NCBI GenBank assembly: GCA_964016885.1
Contig: CAXHJY010001300.1
Span: 32,748 to 96,747 of the forward strand
Direction: 5' to 3'
Origin: Eledone cirrhosa
Taxonomy: Eukaryota
DNA: 64,000 nt
The position numbers and the translations under genes were made by a program. The notes under the pieces are model-generated. The model was given only the letters and a program-made list of their open reading frames with translations, did not search any database and was not told the DNA's origin. Of the stretch, positions 27,526 through 48,737 are shown one piece after another (the stretch's first letter is position 1; every line of letters begins with the position of its first letter).

Positions 27526-27964
27526 AAAAACTCGACCCCAGAATAGAACTGGTCCCTTCCTTTTTCAGGGAGAACCGAAACGAATAGCGCAATGCATTCT
27601 ATTCCACGCTCTAACGATTCTATCACTAAGTCGCTTCGAATAAAATATAAAGGCGTCGCATTGCCGTATGGTCACTCGATCTGTTAGAAATAGTAGCCAA
27701 ATATCCTTCGAATCGCAGGAATTAGATAATATGGTCATATAACTCTTTAAAATATGGAATGACCATGACTGGACTGCTTTTAATAATTGTTTTGCACGAT
27801 CAAGGTTTACCTGGCACTAAACAACACTGACCGTTTCCTTTTCGTGCAGTCGCCGTCGAAACCTCAAGTGTCCCACGTTCCCGAACAGTCATTTCCCTTC
27901 GCAAAAAATTGTGAGCAGTGGATCCTGTCTGAAGAAAGTGCCCTTCGAGGTCGAGTTAAAAAAA

Positions 27965-28449
27965 ACCATGTTCACTTAAAAATAATTTTTAAATAATTAG
28001 AATATACACAGACATGTATATGTTTGTGAAATGAAATTCTCTGTTTATGAAGGTACCCAGAAAACCCCCATATCTCGGGAACCCGTACTCCGATTTACGC
28101 GAAACTTTTTTTTATTCCATTTGTATTCCCATTTCAGGGTTAACTTCCTTTCAAAGTATTTTCCCATTATGCGCCCTTTTGGCTGTATTACATTACAGAC
28201 AAGCAAGCAAGCAAGCCATCACAGAGTTTTAGTAGTATACTAGACCATCCGTGATCCATTGGGTCACGTTCACTTCAAAATACTTTTTAAAATCATCTTC
28301 ACTTAAAAATAATTTTTAAATAATTAAAATACACACAGACATGTATATAATGTGAAATAAAACTGGAAGGCCCATATATATACATGTGTGTATGTATATC
28401 TATAAATGTGTGTGTGTGTGTGTGTGTGTGTGTATACCTATATATATGC

Positions 28450-28490
<41 letters not shown>

Positions 28491-28655
28491 GGTGTCTGTG
28501 ATCTATATACACTGGTTAGCCACACACACATATACACACACATATATATACACATAACACCACGAGCTCCCTCTCTCTCCTTTTCTGTCTCATCTTCCTC
28601 TCTCTATGCTTCTCTTTCAATCTACTCTCTCACAACCACTATTTCTTTCTCTCCA

Positions 28656-28727
<72 letters not shown>

Positions 28728-28800
28728 TGTTTATGAAGGTACTCGGAAAAAACCCATATCCCGGAAACCCGTGTTCCAATTTTCGCGAAACTTGTTTTTA
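27965..28800 (-). mobile_element. Head-to-tail dimer of a Helitron-like non-autonomous element
   Basis: Duplicated blocks at 27970/28297 and 28040/28725. The minus-strand junction reads hairpin (cgtgaccca-a-tggatcacg)...CTAG directly followed by TATACTACTAAAAC. Confidence 0.55.
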
Positions 28801-29290
28801 TCAAAAATAAACAACAACAATAGCATTGCATCGAACATCTAATAAACTAGAGTATTAGTCTACCTAGGTTCCAAGAAGTTTACATAAGATTATATATTTT
28901 AAGTAGATACAAATAATTATAGCGCTGTGTGTTGTTAGCATTGTAATTAATTTAAATGACTTCATATTAATCTTCATGTAACGTAAACAATGTGTTGTGA
29001 TTTGTGCATCAAGAATGTTATTTTTCTTGTCTCATTCTGTTTGATTGTTTTGATATATGCATTGTATGTTTTGAGAGGGGAAAACTATGTATTAATGTTT
29101 TGTTATATTTTGTCTCCGTGGAAAAATTAATTAAACACCGAAAGTGTCTATCAGACTTGACAACTTTACTATTACAATGAGCCAAAAAAGGGAGCCCCAC
29201 GTGTTTTATTGATTTGCTAAATGTAGCAGCTGAATCTCTCTCAAAACTCACTATATCATTTAAAACAAACAAAAAACAAGGCCATTAATT

Positions 29291-29500
29291 AATAGTTTCT
29301 AATTTAGGTACCAGGCCAGTATTTTAGGGGAGAGGAAAGTCGATTATATGAGTACTTGACTGGGACTCTATTTTATCCATACAGGAAGGATAAAAGACAA
29401 AGATGACCTCGGCGAAATATGAACTCAGAAAGAGAAGAGCTGTAACTAAATATTGTTAAACATTCTGTTCGAGCTTTAGCGATTCTACCAACCTACTGCT
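29291..29500 (-). mobile_element. SINE family A, old copy
   Basis: Diverged match. Confidence 0.7.
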
Positions 29501-31899
29501 CTGAATACCATTATATAATGCAGCCTGACATAAACTATGTCTGAAAAGAAGCATTGGTTATGGTTAGAATAGCTTTTTGTTAAAATCTGATCGATTAGGT
29601 TCTGAGCTGGTGCTAGACATCATCAACAACAACTAAATGTGTTACGAATTCAACTACAAAATTTGCCGTTAGTAGGTATAAGTTCATTAATGACATTAGA
29701 TGAACATTTTAACAATACCTTAGTTATATAAGATTTTAGTTCTTTAGAGTCGAATGTTAAGTTATTTTTTTGGAAATTTACACTTACATTGTAAATTTTT
29801 AAGAATGCACTGCTTTCTTAATGTAGTTTTGCCAAAGCTTGAAGTATATACATAAGAACTAATATATTTATGAAGGTTGTTGAATCCTGTATTATAATGA
29901 TCGTACTGAAAAAGAAAACTCTATTACGTGAGTCCATAATGTATTTTTATCATTAAGAAATTGTTGCCTGGAAAGAAAAATTCTGATCTTCCATCGTGTA
30001 GAAAAAAATTCGAAGTATTAAAGCAAGAAAAACGAAGTTCATTCGACATGATCCTAGTATCATAAAAAAAAAAAAATTGTTGTAGGTATACTTAGTTATT
30101 CTAATTTTGTTGTATCTCCGAGCTAGCCATTCTCAGAATATGATAGTGATAAAAGCGAAGTAGATTAATTAAAAAAAAAAAATCGTATTCAGTGCTTCAG
30201 TATTGTAACTGCATAAGTAAAGGTTTAGGAATGTTGGGCTTAGATATTTTTTGAGTCGATATCTGAAAAAAAAAAAGAAAAAGACCCACTTGTTTAATGA
30301 AAAATTTTATAGTGTAGCCACTACCACCAAAAGCAACAACAACAATTCATTTTATAGACAATTTTCTGAGAGGGGAAGAAATAACATGATAGTTTGGGGG
30401 AGAAAAGAATACACCATTTTATTTCAATGGTAAACTAAAAAAGAAAGAAAAAATCTTTCTAATATATAAAAATCGAAAAATAGAACGTATATCTATAGTA
30501 GTGGTTCTCAAACAGTGTCCATCAAAGGATAGCTAAGTGGGCCGCAGATTTCTCAAAAAATATCATTCGAGGCTTTAGAAAATCTATACAAATTATTGAA
30601 CTTCTTGAAAAACATTCTATTCATAAATTTCGTATATTCACAATACATTTTCTCATAAAACAAATATAATCTAACTAACCATCGATACAATATAACGTTA
30701 ATTTACTACACGTGGAAGTAGAGTAGGGGAGATTAGAGACCTTTCTTCTCCTTCCGCACGTATGGAATTTGTAATTCTAAGTGAGTACAAGTTACTTCAA
30801 GGCAGAATGTCGATTTCAAAGTGAACACATTTAACTTAAAACAAACTTTAATTAGCTAAGAATAATATATCTTCATTCAAAGAAGATGTAACAGGTGAAT
30901 ACGATGCTATCATATAACAAACGAAAGCGAAAACCCATTCTTTTCAACCACAAGAATTCAGTAATGAAAATAATTATTTCCCTTGTAGAGTTCATTTTCT
31001 TTGGAATTGAGTATTGATAAAATGTATGAGAGTGTGCGATACCAAATATCGTTGCATGAATAGGTTTTTGAGACACAGTGCGGAGCCTTATCATTTAAGA
31101 GTTAAACTGCTTATTCTTTAGACAGTGTTTTTTTATAATGCCTAGGCAAGCAGCAGCTTTCATTCTTTTGAGGTCGATCAATAAAGTACCAGTCCAGCAC
31201 TGGAGTCTATTCTTCCTCTATTTCTCTTTATCAATGTTTTTCTTTGTTTCTCTTTTTTTTCTGGAAAACATCGGCTGTATGCCAGCCTGGAGAGGGATGG
31301 GCACCACCTGATTTAAAATGCCAAACACAAACTATGTATAAGGTGCCCCCCCTCCCCCACGACTCTATCAAGAGTTAAGGGCTGAAGAAGAAGAAGAAGA
31401 AGATCAGTATGTCAATTTGCCCGATACAAACAGCTACTTGACACTAACTGCCAAAAACTACATATAAACAAGCGCCAACACATAATATTATAAATAACAA
31501 TAATAACAAGTGGTCGTGTAATGTCAGTGTCCAACATCGTTTGCAGTCAGCTCATAGATAGTTGTGATCGGGGATAGGACTACAAAAACCTTGCTCAGTT
31601 GATAAAGATTAACTTGAAGGTTGCTAATAGAATAATTTTAGACACTATATAGGTCGTAAAACGAGAAGCATTATCCAAAGGCAAAAGTTGTAATGTGAAA
31701 GTTAATGAGATATGTTCCTGTTTGTATGAGGAAATCAACCATAATCCACCAACCAAATTACAAAAAATATATTAGTATTTTGCTTCAGTGATTGACTGAT
31801 CAAAGTTTATAAGTAACAATGTAAGTTCAGATTGCTGACGCTGCAAATGATGTTGTTTTAATGTTATATTTTCCATTAAATGAATATTTTTATTTTCAT

Positions 31900-32040
31900 C
31901 ACATTTTGAAAATGCCATCCTCTTTTTGAAATTGCTCTTCTCACTTTGAAATCGCTATTCCTACTTAATTGTGGCAAGGTCTCATTTTGAGATCATTTAT
32001 CACAATTTGAAGTGGCAAGGTCATATTTTGAAGTGAAAAT
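31900..32040. repeat. Degenerate ~20-bp minisatellite (TTTTGAA core)
   Basis: Six to seven recurrences of (t)tttgaa at ~20-21-bp spacing. Confidence 0.6.
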
Positions 32041-32351
32041 TACAAATATTGTCTTTCTAGATTTTATTCCACCTGCTATTAGAATAGTCACATTTTTCAA
32101 TTCTAGTCTTTAAAATTTTGAAAAAATATAAGGGTAAACAAACGAAAGAAAGAATGAAATAATTATTTACCCACTATTCAATTGAAGAACACCAGAAATA
32201 TGTCATTTCCTAAATGAAACATAGGTTGATTTAAATATCAACAAACTAGTTCTTTTCAAGTGCTTATATATATATATATTTTAAATATATTAGTTGTGAT
32301 CCAGAAAATAAAATCCAAACAAACTCCTAGATAACTTGATTAGCTTATACT

Positions 32352-32516
32352 AATTGTTTCTACTTTTGGCACAAGGCCAGCAATTACCCAGAGCATTACT
32401 GGTACTTTATTTTATCGACCCCGTAAGGATGAAAGGCAAAGTTAACCTCGGCGGGATTTGAACTCAGAATGGCAAGGGCCGTAACTCTATACGTCAAAGC
32501 ATGGCATCCGACCCTG
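32352..32516 (-). mobile_element. SINE family A
   Basis: Near-identical body and tail. Confidence 0.85.
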
Positions 32517-32577
32517 TCTGACAGTAACAGAGAACAAGCCACTTCTATTTTAGCTACTACTACTACTACTTCTACTT

Positions 32578-32608
<31 letters not shown>

Positions 32609-32743
32609 CAATTCACCAAGGAGAGAGAAAGAGATAAACGAAAATGTGAACTTTTTTTTATATATATGTCAACTATGTTCTCCAATACCCTCTTCTAACT
32701 AATATACACCTTAATTTTATTATATATTTTTTATCACATTTCC

Positions 32744-32788
32744 TGTAGCATGAAGAAGTCGAAACAATTGTCGGCTGAAACCGCTACG
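32744..32788 (+). ncRNA. Decayed type-I hammerhead motif
   Basis: UGUAGC-AUGAAGA-AGUCGA(aacaauug)UCGGCU-GAAAC-C-GCUACG. Stems I and II intact; C3>A; stem III and cleavage triplet deleted. Confidence 0.6.
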
Positions 32789-32896
32789 ATAAATTACTTT
32801 TAAAATGTTTTGCTGTTATTCTTTGAGAAAATCCCATTAACATTTTCTACTTCTTTTTCATATTTTCCTAATATATATCAACTCGTGTATCACACT

Positions 32897-32972
<76 letters not shown>

Positions 32973-33946
32973 AACAAGGGGAAGAAGAATACTGCATGGT
33001 TGCACATGGATTACATATTATAAAATTAGTCCCTTATCAGTGATTTTGCCAACCATCATTGGTATTTCATAACGAAGGAATTGTGGTAAGGAACCAGATT
33101 TTTAAATTCCTTACTTAGTATTTTTGTTCTCAACTTATTAACCTGTCATCGTAAGATAGCATTGACTGATTACGCTTTACTAACCTTTTTATAGCAGCGG
33201 TGTTAGACCCCCCGTAAAGCCGTCTTTAAAGTCTTTTTTCACTACCAACTACAATCTCGTTTTTTCCCATTCTCTACCTATTAAACTTTTCTATAGCTTA
33301 GCAATACCTACTAATTTTTAGCAGCTGATTTTGTTTTTTTCATTTCTCACTATCAATATTGTCTTTATATATTTATTTTTATAAATAGTTTTATTTTACT
33401 CCCTTTCGACCTATCTATTCTTTCAACTCCCCTCCTTTTCTCCAGTACAATGTTTCGACCTTTTATACACTATCCTTAGAATCTGCTGTATAGATTTCAC
33501 TTTCAACGCCTGACTGGATTTCCCCACCCCCTCTTTGTTCTACCCGCAAGTTCAGCCACCCCTACCCCCCACCAAATGCCATGATAGATTTATCTGTCTT
33601 TATAACAAATTTTAACCAATCATCTTGACAATTACTATCTTCCCATATAAGGAAATTCCCCTTCAGAAGTTTGGCTATTTATTTACCAGTCTAAAAATTC
33701 TTATTTAGTCCAGGAATAGCCGTCGAAACGGCTTGAGCTCTGCCGTCGGGGTCATACTTGTTCCCTATATATATATTTAAGTGTATAGGAAAAACAAATA
33801 CTAGGTGATATTATAATCTGACCCCTCTTATTGGACTATTACTGTAACCTACAAGGACCATGTTGAGAAAAATACTTTGGTAAGCGATCTTGTTTTATTT
33901 TTGTTTGTACACTGATCTACACAAACAAACTTTCCTCGTACATTTA

Positions 33947-34003
<57 letters not shown>

Positions 34004-34289
34004 TATAAATTATGTCCTTAGAATCATTTGATAAGATATATACACCATTTCCTCTCCCAATTAGCATAATCAACCACACAAAAAACAAACAATTAAACCA
34101 GGCTATAAGATTAAAAGGTACCTATAAAGAAATAATAGATAAATAAACGACAGCCATCTATTCACGATCAACAGCTATAGAATATTTACCCACCATTTCA
34201 ATAGCACGTGGAAATAGATTAAATATATCTTCAACCATACACAATTAGATATAAAATTAAAGTTAGAAGTATATATATATATATATATA

Positions 34290-35311
34290 TGATAAAAAGG
34301 TAGGGTACCAATGTATCTCCCTGGAGCACTCCAGCCAGTATCTCAAAGAACTCTGTCATCCCATCAGGTGTAATGAATTGGGCTTTGGTGTTGGTGTAGA
34401 GCAGTGATATCAAGTCCACTATCTTCTTGGGGATTCCATAAGCCTGTAAGATCTTCATCAGGCAGTGACAGTCCACAGAATCAAAGGCCTTCCTAAAGTC
34501 AATGAAAACCATGACCGCAGGAAGGCACTTTGCTCTAGCCCCCTCTAATGTCCTCCTCAGCATCAGGATGTGACTGGTGGTTGATCTTCCCCCTCTGAAG
34601 CCGTTCTGGTTGTCCCTGAGCTTCTTCTCCATCTCAGGCTGGATCCTGTTAAGAATCATCCTGTTGAGGGTCTTTGCCACAAGTGACGTCAGTGAGATCC
34701 CCCTATAGTTGTTGGTGTTAGAGAGATCTCCCTTCTTTGGAACTGGGATGATGTTACTGATCCTCCACTGATTCGGGGCAACTCCTTTCTCCAGTGCCTG
34801 GTTACAGAACCCCAGGATGATATCATCAAAATCACACCTCTTCATCACCTCTGATGCCACTCCATCTTCTCCATGAGCCTTGCTGTAGTGGAGTCTGTGC
34901 TGCTGAACGGGTCTGAGACTTGGACACTGACCAAGAAACTCACTCAGATGGTGGATGGGTGCTACACGAGAATGCTGAGGATGGCTCTGAACATTAATCA
35001 GTATACACTGAGGATGAAAAACTCAGAGCTGTATCGGAGCCTCCCAAAAGTCAGCTCAAAAGTGACACAGAGGAGACTGAGGTTAGCTGGACATGCTCAC
35101 CGACATCCAGAGTTGACATTGCACTCAGTGCTCATGTGAGGGCCCCTACATGGACACAGTGGAAAAGGAAGACCAAGGTTAACGTATGTTGATGCCCTAA
35201 GGACAGACACTGGTCTGTTGGAGACGCAGGACATGGCAGCGATAATGAGGGACAGAGACCGCTGGAGAGAACTCGTCCATGGATCTCGCGAATTTTACCC
35301 GCCCTAGAATA

Positions 35312-35316
<5 letters not shown>
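34290..35316 (+). mobile_element. RTE-clade LINE with 5' inversion (inverted RT segment 34290-34872; sense 3' segment 34873-35316)
   Basis: Minus-strand ORF PKKGDL...NYRGISL...FIDFRKAFD...GVLQGD; plus-strand GSETW...LRLAGH...GRP; (TAGAA)n tail; (TA)n on both sides. Confidence 0.9.
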
Positions 35317-35344
<28 letters not shown>

Positions 35345-35346
<2 letters not shown>

Positions 35347-36000
35347 TGTGTGTTTTGAAGCAGCGAGTGAGTTTGAAATTAGAAATAGAATCTTTCGCCG
35401 TATTTTTTCCTTTTTTCCATTTCTTAGAGGGTTTTAAACCCCACTGTCAGGCTAAAATTTCTTTACCACGAGGTAGAATTCAGTAATGAGATTTTCGTTT
35501 AAGAAAATGTAAATTCGCGGCACGATAGGATATTTAATTGCAAACTCAAGGTTCTAAAAACCTTTGCTAAATACAAACTGGACTAGAACAAGATTAGATC
35601 CCTAATACTTAGGTTTTACTATATCCTATTTGGTACATTTACTCTGGCATTTGAACTTTTAACACCCAATGGGTTCAGTAATATTCAAAACAATCCTATT
35701 TTCTTAATTACTTTCCTCCTTACCCACTCTAGCCTACTCATTACTGAATTCAACCTCGTAGTGAATAGTTAACTTCCACTACTATAGGCTTTCTGATGAA
35801 GTATAATACATAATTAAGTATCGCATATGATTGAACAATATTGTAGTCAACATATGTAGACAATTTATAATAGACACAGAAACATGTCGAAACAAATAAA
35901 TTCATAATCTCTTTACGCTGACGTTTTATTTTCCTTGGTGCAATACTAGCTTATACTAATATACTCCGTGATCTCTTCTGGACCTATATACCATATTCAC
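35345..36000 (+). mobile_element. Non-coding pLTR/retrozyme-like element carrying an HHR motif
   Basis: Homologous to 40-268. 23-bp internal inverted repeat (~35469-35490 / 35737-35759). HHR followed by AATAAA. Confidence 0.55.
35788..35893 (+). ncRNA. Type-I hammerhead motif with long stem II
   Basis: CUGAUGA at 35793-35799; stem II contains CAUAUG...UUGA-ACAA/UUGU-UCAA...CAUAUG; GAAA-CAUG-UC| with palindromic loop. Stem I is weak. Confidence 0.6.
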
Positions 36001-36134
36001 CTGCTCGGATATTTATGCTATATGATTCAAAGGATACCGTCGAGTCAAACTTTCTGGTAAGCAGCTTTTTTGTTTAAACATTCATTCCGGATATACATAA
36101 ACAAAATCTTATCTACCTTCATCCCCCCACCCCA

Positions 36135-38327
<2,193 letters not shown>

Positions 38328-38459
38328 ATGTAAAGTTATATTTAAAATTGTTGGGTTACAACTAGTAAATATTTATAACTGATATAAAAGCACTCGACAA
38401 ATATTTGGAGTATATTTACAATATTAAATAATGGAAAACTATATTTATAAAACCATATT

Positions 38460-38525
38460 AATTTCATTATATATATTTCGTGGATATCATATTAACAATA
38501 TGCTATGCCTTCATCAGACAAAATA
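38460..38525 (-). ncRNA. Type-I hammerhead ribozyme in the PLE 3' pLTR
   Basis: UAUUUUGU-CUGAUGA-stem II (CAUAUU/AAUAUG)-GAAA-UAUAUA-UA|AUGAAAU; sense to the PLE ORF. Confidence 0.8.
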
Positions 38526-38888
38526 CAATATAAACAGTTTTATAGATAAATATATTCGACATACCGTAATAAACATCACTTCATTTGAAGAGGTTTACTC
38601 TAGCAGTGAAAATACAGAGAGAAAGCAAGAGAGAAAGAAAAGAGGGAAAAAACGAAAGAAAGAAGACAAAACGAAGAGAAGGAAGAAAAAGAAAAAGAAG
38701 AAAAAGAAAAAGAAGAAATGCATGGAACAAAATAGAGAGATGGAAAAATAGATAAAGTGAAGAGCTTCATGTAAAGAGACAGAAAGATATATATATATAT
38801 AGAGAGAGAGGAAATAGAGATAGATACATATATATATATAGAAAATTAGGTAGTGGGAGGTCATTTTGAGTAAGTGTATCAATGATAC

Positions 38889-38920
<32 letters not shown>

Positions 38921-39659
38921 GCTCAAGTATTAATGTAAGGGAGATATATAGAGAGATATAGAGAGATATATATAGAGAAAAAAATTTAAAAATATCCAGA
39001 CATATTCGAGGCGTAGAAAACCCTATGTTTTAATGTATTAGTATTTATAAAACTTACACTACACTGTAAATATCAGTATTCCTGAATGAAACAAGTATTC
39101 ACAATGTGTGAAAATTCATTATCTTATGTTTAGTTTTAAAAATTCATATGTCTATGTGACAGCTACAAATCTCAATGTGAATCCAACTGATTCACTCCGC
39201 AAAACTCTAAGTTATCGGAAAACATTCTCAATGTGGTATAAAAATTTGAGCGTATTATTATTCTTGCGATTACTCTACAAGATTATCTATCAAGCAGAAA
39301 TAGAGAGCAGATTTCAATATACTAATCGAAAATATATATTATATTATAAACATAATAATAAGTAAAAATATAGAATAGAAAACTAAAAAAATATTACGAA
39401 AGAATATTACATAATAAAAATATTGCATATTAAAAATACTACGTATTAAAAAATATTACGTATTAAAGATTTACATATAAAAATTTACATATAAAAATAT
39501 ACATATAAAAATTTACATATAAAAATTTACATATAAAAATATATAAAAAATATTAAATATTAAATATTAAAAAAATAAATAAAATAAAAATAAAAATATT
39601 ATAGAATACTACAATACTAAAAGAATAAAAGTAAAAATAAAAATAAAAATAAAAATAAA

Positions 39660-39690
<31 letters not shown>

Positions 39691-40095
39691 TAAAAATGAA
39701 AATAAAAATAAAAATAAAAATAAACCACAAAAAAACAACCCTTCAAAGTTAATTGACAATATATTGCCACGTTCACTACAAGACAAAGCCAAAAATTATC
39801 TATCAAATCACATCTAGCAAAGAATATCGTAAAAAGATTATGATGTCCAATTATGTCTACATATGTTCCTATGTTTAATATAGAAGTTTATCTAGTGTAA
39901 GGTTAATTCAAAAAATTTGGAGCATCGGCTTTTAGGGTAGCTTAATTTTTCATGAGGAATGTTTAGATAAAAATAAAAATAAAAATAAATAAAATAAAAT
40001 AAACAATAAAAAGAGTAAAACGAGGGAATCAAAGATTTAGGAATCAAAAGATTTATCGGCTAGTTCTCATATAAATATAAATCAAACCAAATATA

Positions 40096-41087
40096 CTACA
40101 TTTTAAATTTAAATTTATATTTAAACGTTGAGTTTAATCTATGTTTGCAACAACTGAATCAATTTGTCCGTAGGTTAAGGGAGTTTTTAGATTTTAGTAT
40201 AAAGAATATCTCCTCTGCACAGAGGTCACATGTCTCAGAGGATGAATTAAAAGGAATCCCTCTTGAGACTATATTCCAAGCCGTCGAATATCTAACGTTA
40301 TCTAGCTTAAGTTGCCAGAGTACCCCTGATAGTGCCGTTGAAGATTTTTTATTTGGATCTGTGAAAGAATTCTTGTGGTTATTATAGCGAAGTTTAAATT
40401 CCGTCGATGTGAACCGACGTAGTTAAAAGAATTAGAGTCAGTATTAACATTACAATTGTATACTATATTTTTAACTAAGCAGTTGTTATTTAACGGACAT
40501 TTAGATCTATCTCTACAGTTACATTTGTTAACTTGTATATTATTTATGCTATTATCAGTAGGTTTTAAGTTCCTATTATTTATTCTATTAATATTTTGTG
40601 CTAAATTTTTGGTGGATGAGTAGGTTAATTTAATTGTATGCCTATGAAGATTGAGTGATACCTATGTGTTCTAGGGAGGCGATTATCAAGAGCTTTGAAA
40701 AATAATTTAGCGATGTTGGTTTTAATGTTTAGTGAGAAAGGGGGGGGGGGCAAACCAAATTATGTTCCTAGTTCTATTTCTTTTTTGTCCTTTGGAATTA
40801 TTGTATGCTTTCTATTATAGTTGTTAATGTTGTTGCCGGTAATTAAAAAAGTTGTTACTTTGTTTAGTTTGTCTATCATTATCTATGTATACAATCTTAT
40901 CAGCATACCCTGCCCTAGCTAGTGCATCATTATAGTATTGGGCCTTTTCGTCAAAAATCTTTCTATTCGACGAGATCCTAGAGATACGTTTTTGGACTGA
41001 GTTTACTATAGTGTTTTTGACAGATCTGGGGTGGTTAGAGGTTAAAGTTGACATAGTTTAAGTTTTCATTCAACTTGTGAAAAGGAT
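40096..41087 (-). pseudogene. PLE ORF C-terminus: RT thumb, Cys linker and GIY-YIG endonuclease
   Basis: SNHP..VK....RIS...Y..AL..AGY; RNIIWF.PPFS; CNCRDRSKCP...C (CxCx5C); IVY...YVG; FKLRYNNHK; CDLC; CKH. Several frameshifts and stops. Confidence 0.85.
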
Positions 41088-41221
41088 AGTTTTATAAATA
41101 CTAATACATTAAAACATAGGGTTTTCTACGCCTCGAATATGTCTGGATATTTTAAAATTTTTTTCTCTCTCTATATCTCTCTATATCTCTCTATATATCT
41201 CCCTTACATTAATACTTGAGC

Positions 41222-41256
<35 letters not shown>

Positions 41257-41620
41257 ATGTATCATTGATACACTTACTCAAAATGACCTCCCACTACCTA
41301 ATTTTCTATATATATATATGTATCTATCTCTATTTCCTCTCTCTCTATATATATATATCTTTCTGTCTCTTTACATGAAGCTCTTCACTTGATCTATTTT
41401 TCCATCTCTCGATTTTTGTTCCATGCATTTCTTCTTTTTCTTTTTCTTCTTTTTCTTCTTCTTCTTCTCTTCGTTTTGTCTTTCTTTCTTTCGTTTTTTC
41501 CCTCTTTTCTTCTCTCTTGCTTTCTCTCTGTATTTTCACTGCTAGAGTAAACCTCTTCAAATGAAGTTGATGTTTATTACGGTATGTCGAATATATTTAT
41601 CTATAAAACTGTTTATATTG

Positions 41621-41686
41621 TATTTGGTCTGATGAAGGCATAGCATATTGTTAATATGATATCCCCGAAATATATATAATGAAATA
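41621..41686 (+). ncRNA. Hammerhead ribozyme in the inverted pLTR
   Basis: Same motif; CTGATGA 41629-41635, GAAA 41667-41670; one stem I mismatch. Confidence 0.78.
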
Positions 41687-41728
41687 AATATGGTTTTATA
41701 ATATAGTTTTCCATTTATTTATATTGTA

Positions 41729-47660
<5,932 letters not shown>

Positions 47661-48206
47661 CTGTAACAAAAAAAAATTGCAGCTGTTTTTTTTCTTCTGA
47701 ATTTATGGTAGTCCAGACGCAGACAACGAAGTAACACCCAGTAAGATATAAAATATAAAAATATACACAGGTGCCGTTTCAATTAGTTATACCAAAATAA
47801 TTGATGACCAATAAAAAACAGTTTTCATTTATTTCTCACTGGCAAAATAAACAAATTCAAATGAAATATATTGAAAACAAATACTAATTTTTGTTTGATA
47901 ATTACACGAGGACAAATAGATGGAAGAAAGTTGGGAAGAGCTTTTCAGATCCGAATTAAAATACCGACGTTTTCGACTTTGTCCTCTATACTGCCAATGT
48001 CAATGATGGAATAGTGCCAGTACTATAGTAAAGTTGACAAAAATGTTCATAGTTTAAATATATTATCTTTTTTTTCAAAATTAAAAATTCTGTAATTCTA
48101 GATTGGAACCATATTCCCTTTTACTTCAGGATCAATTTTGTAAGTAATACAAAAAAAAAAAAAATCAGATTGGTATCAGTAAATTATTAATATTTAATTT
48201 TTCATG

Positions 48207-48535
48207 GTGGTGGGCTGACAAAATCGTTAGCGCATTGGATGAAATGTCTTCTAGGTTCTAGTTTCAAATACCGCCGAAGTCAACTTTCCCTTTCATACCA
48301 CTGGGTCGATAAAATAAGTGCTAGTCAAGTACTGGATCGATTTATTCGACTTCTCCCTTCTCCCAAATTGTGCCAAAATTAGAAATCATTTGGGTTGTGA
48401 ATTGACAGAAGCGGTAGGGCGTCGGGTAAAATGCCATTGTGGCAGTTTTTCTGGCTCTTTACATTCTGAGTTCGAATCCCACTGAGGTCAACTTTGCCTT
48501 TTATCTTTTTGGTGTCAATAACATAAAGTACCACC
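48207..48535 (+). mobile_element. Two tandem older family-A SINEs
   Basis: Two heads with B-boxes (gtttcaaatacc, gagttcgaatcc). Confidence 0.7.
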
Positions 48536-48737
48536 TATCAACCCCGATCCAGCTATAACCATCTTGTCTTTTTTATATACCTGTGACTACAACGTCCAGT
48601 GCATTTTGTTTTCTTCGTAAAGACGGTCGCGTGTATTTGAGAGAATTCTATCTTGTTGAGCGACCACATAAAGGTATTTGAGAGAATTCTATCTTGTTGA
48701 GCGACCACATAAAGGTTCCCAGTAGAATATGATCTAT

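Larger units (their letters stand above)
38328..41728 (-). mobile_element. 5'-truncated Penelope-like element (Naiad-like) with 3' pLTR plus tail and an upstream inverted pLTR
   Basis: 38417-39054 and 41088-41728 are inverted copies of ~640 bp; PLE coding remnant lies between them; HHR in each pLTR. Confidence 0.88.

Noticed and set aside
30497-30550. hAT-Charlie-like terminus (AGTGGTTCTCAA)
   Set aside because: No convincing partner TIR or TSD found.
39108-39365. Antisense 85-aa ORF in the PLE 3' region
   Set aside because: No recognisable motif, non-ATG start, AT-rich.
39905-39960. SECIS-like hairpin (AUGA...AAAA...UGA) in the PLE 3'UTR, and an in-frame TGA near 40160
   Set aside because: AUGA-to-AA spacing is ~16 nt (too long), the visible conserved Cys residues use TGT/TGC, and the TGA falls at a non-Cys position, so selenoprotein recoding is unsupported.
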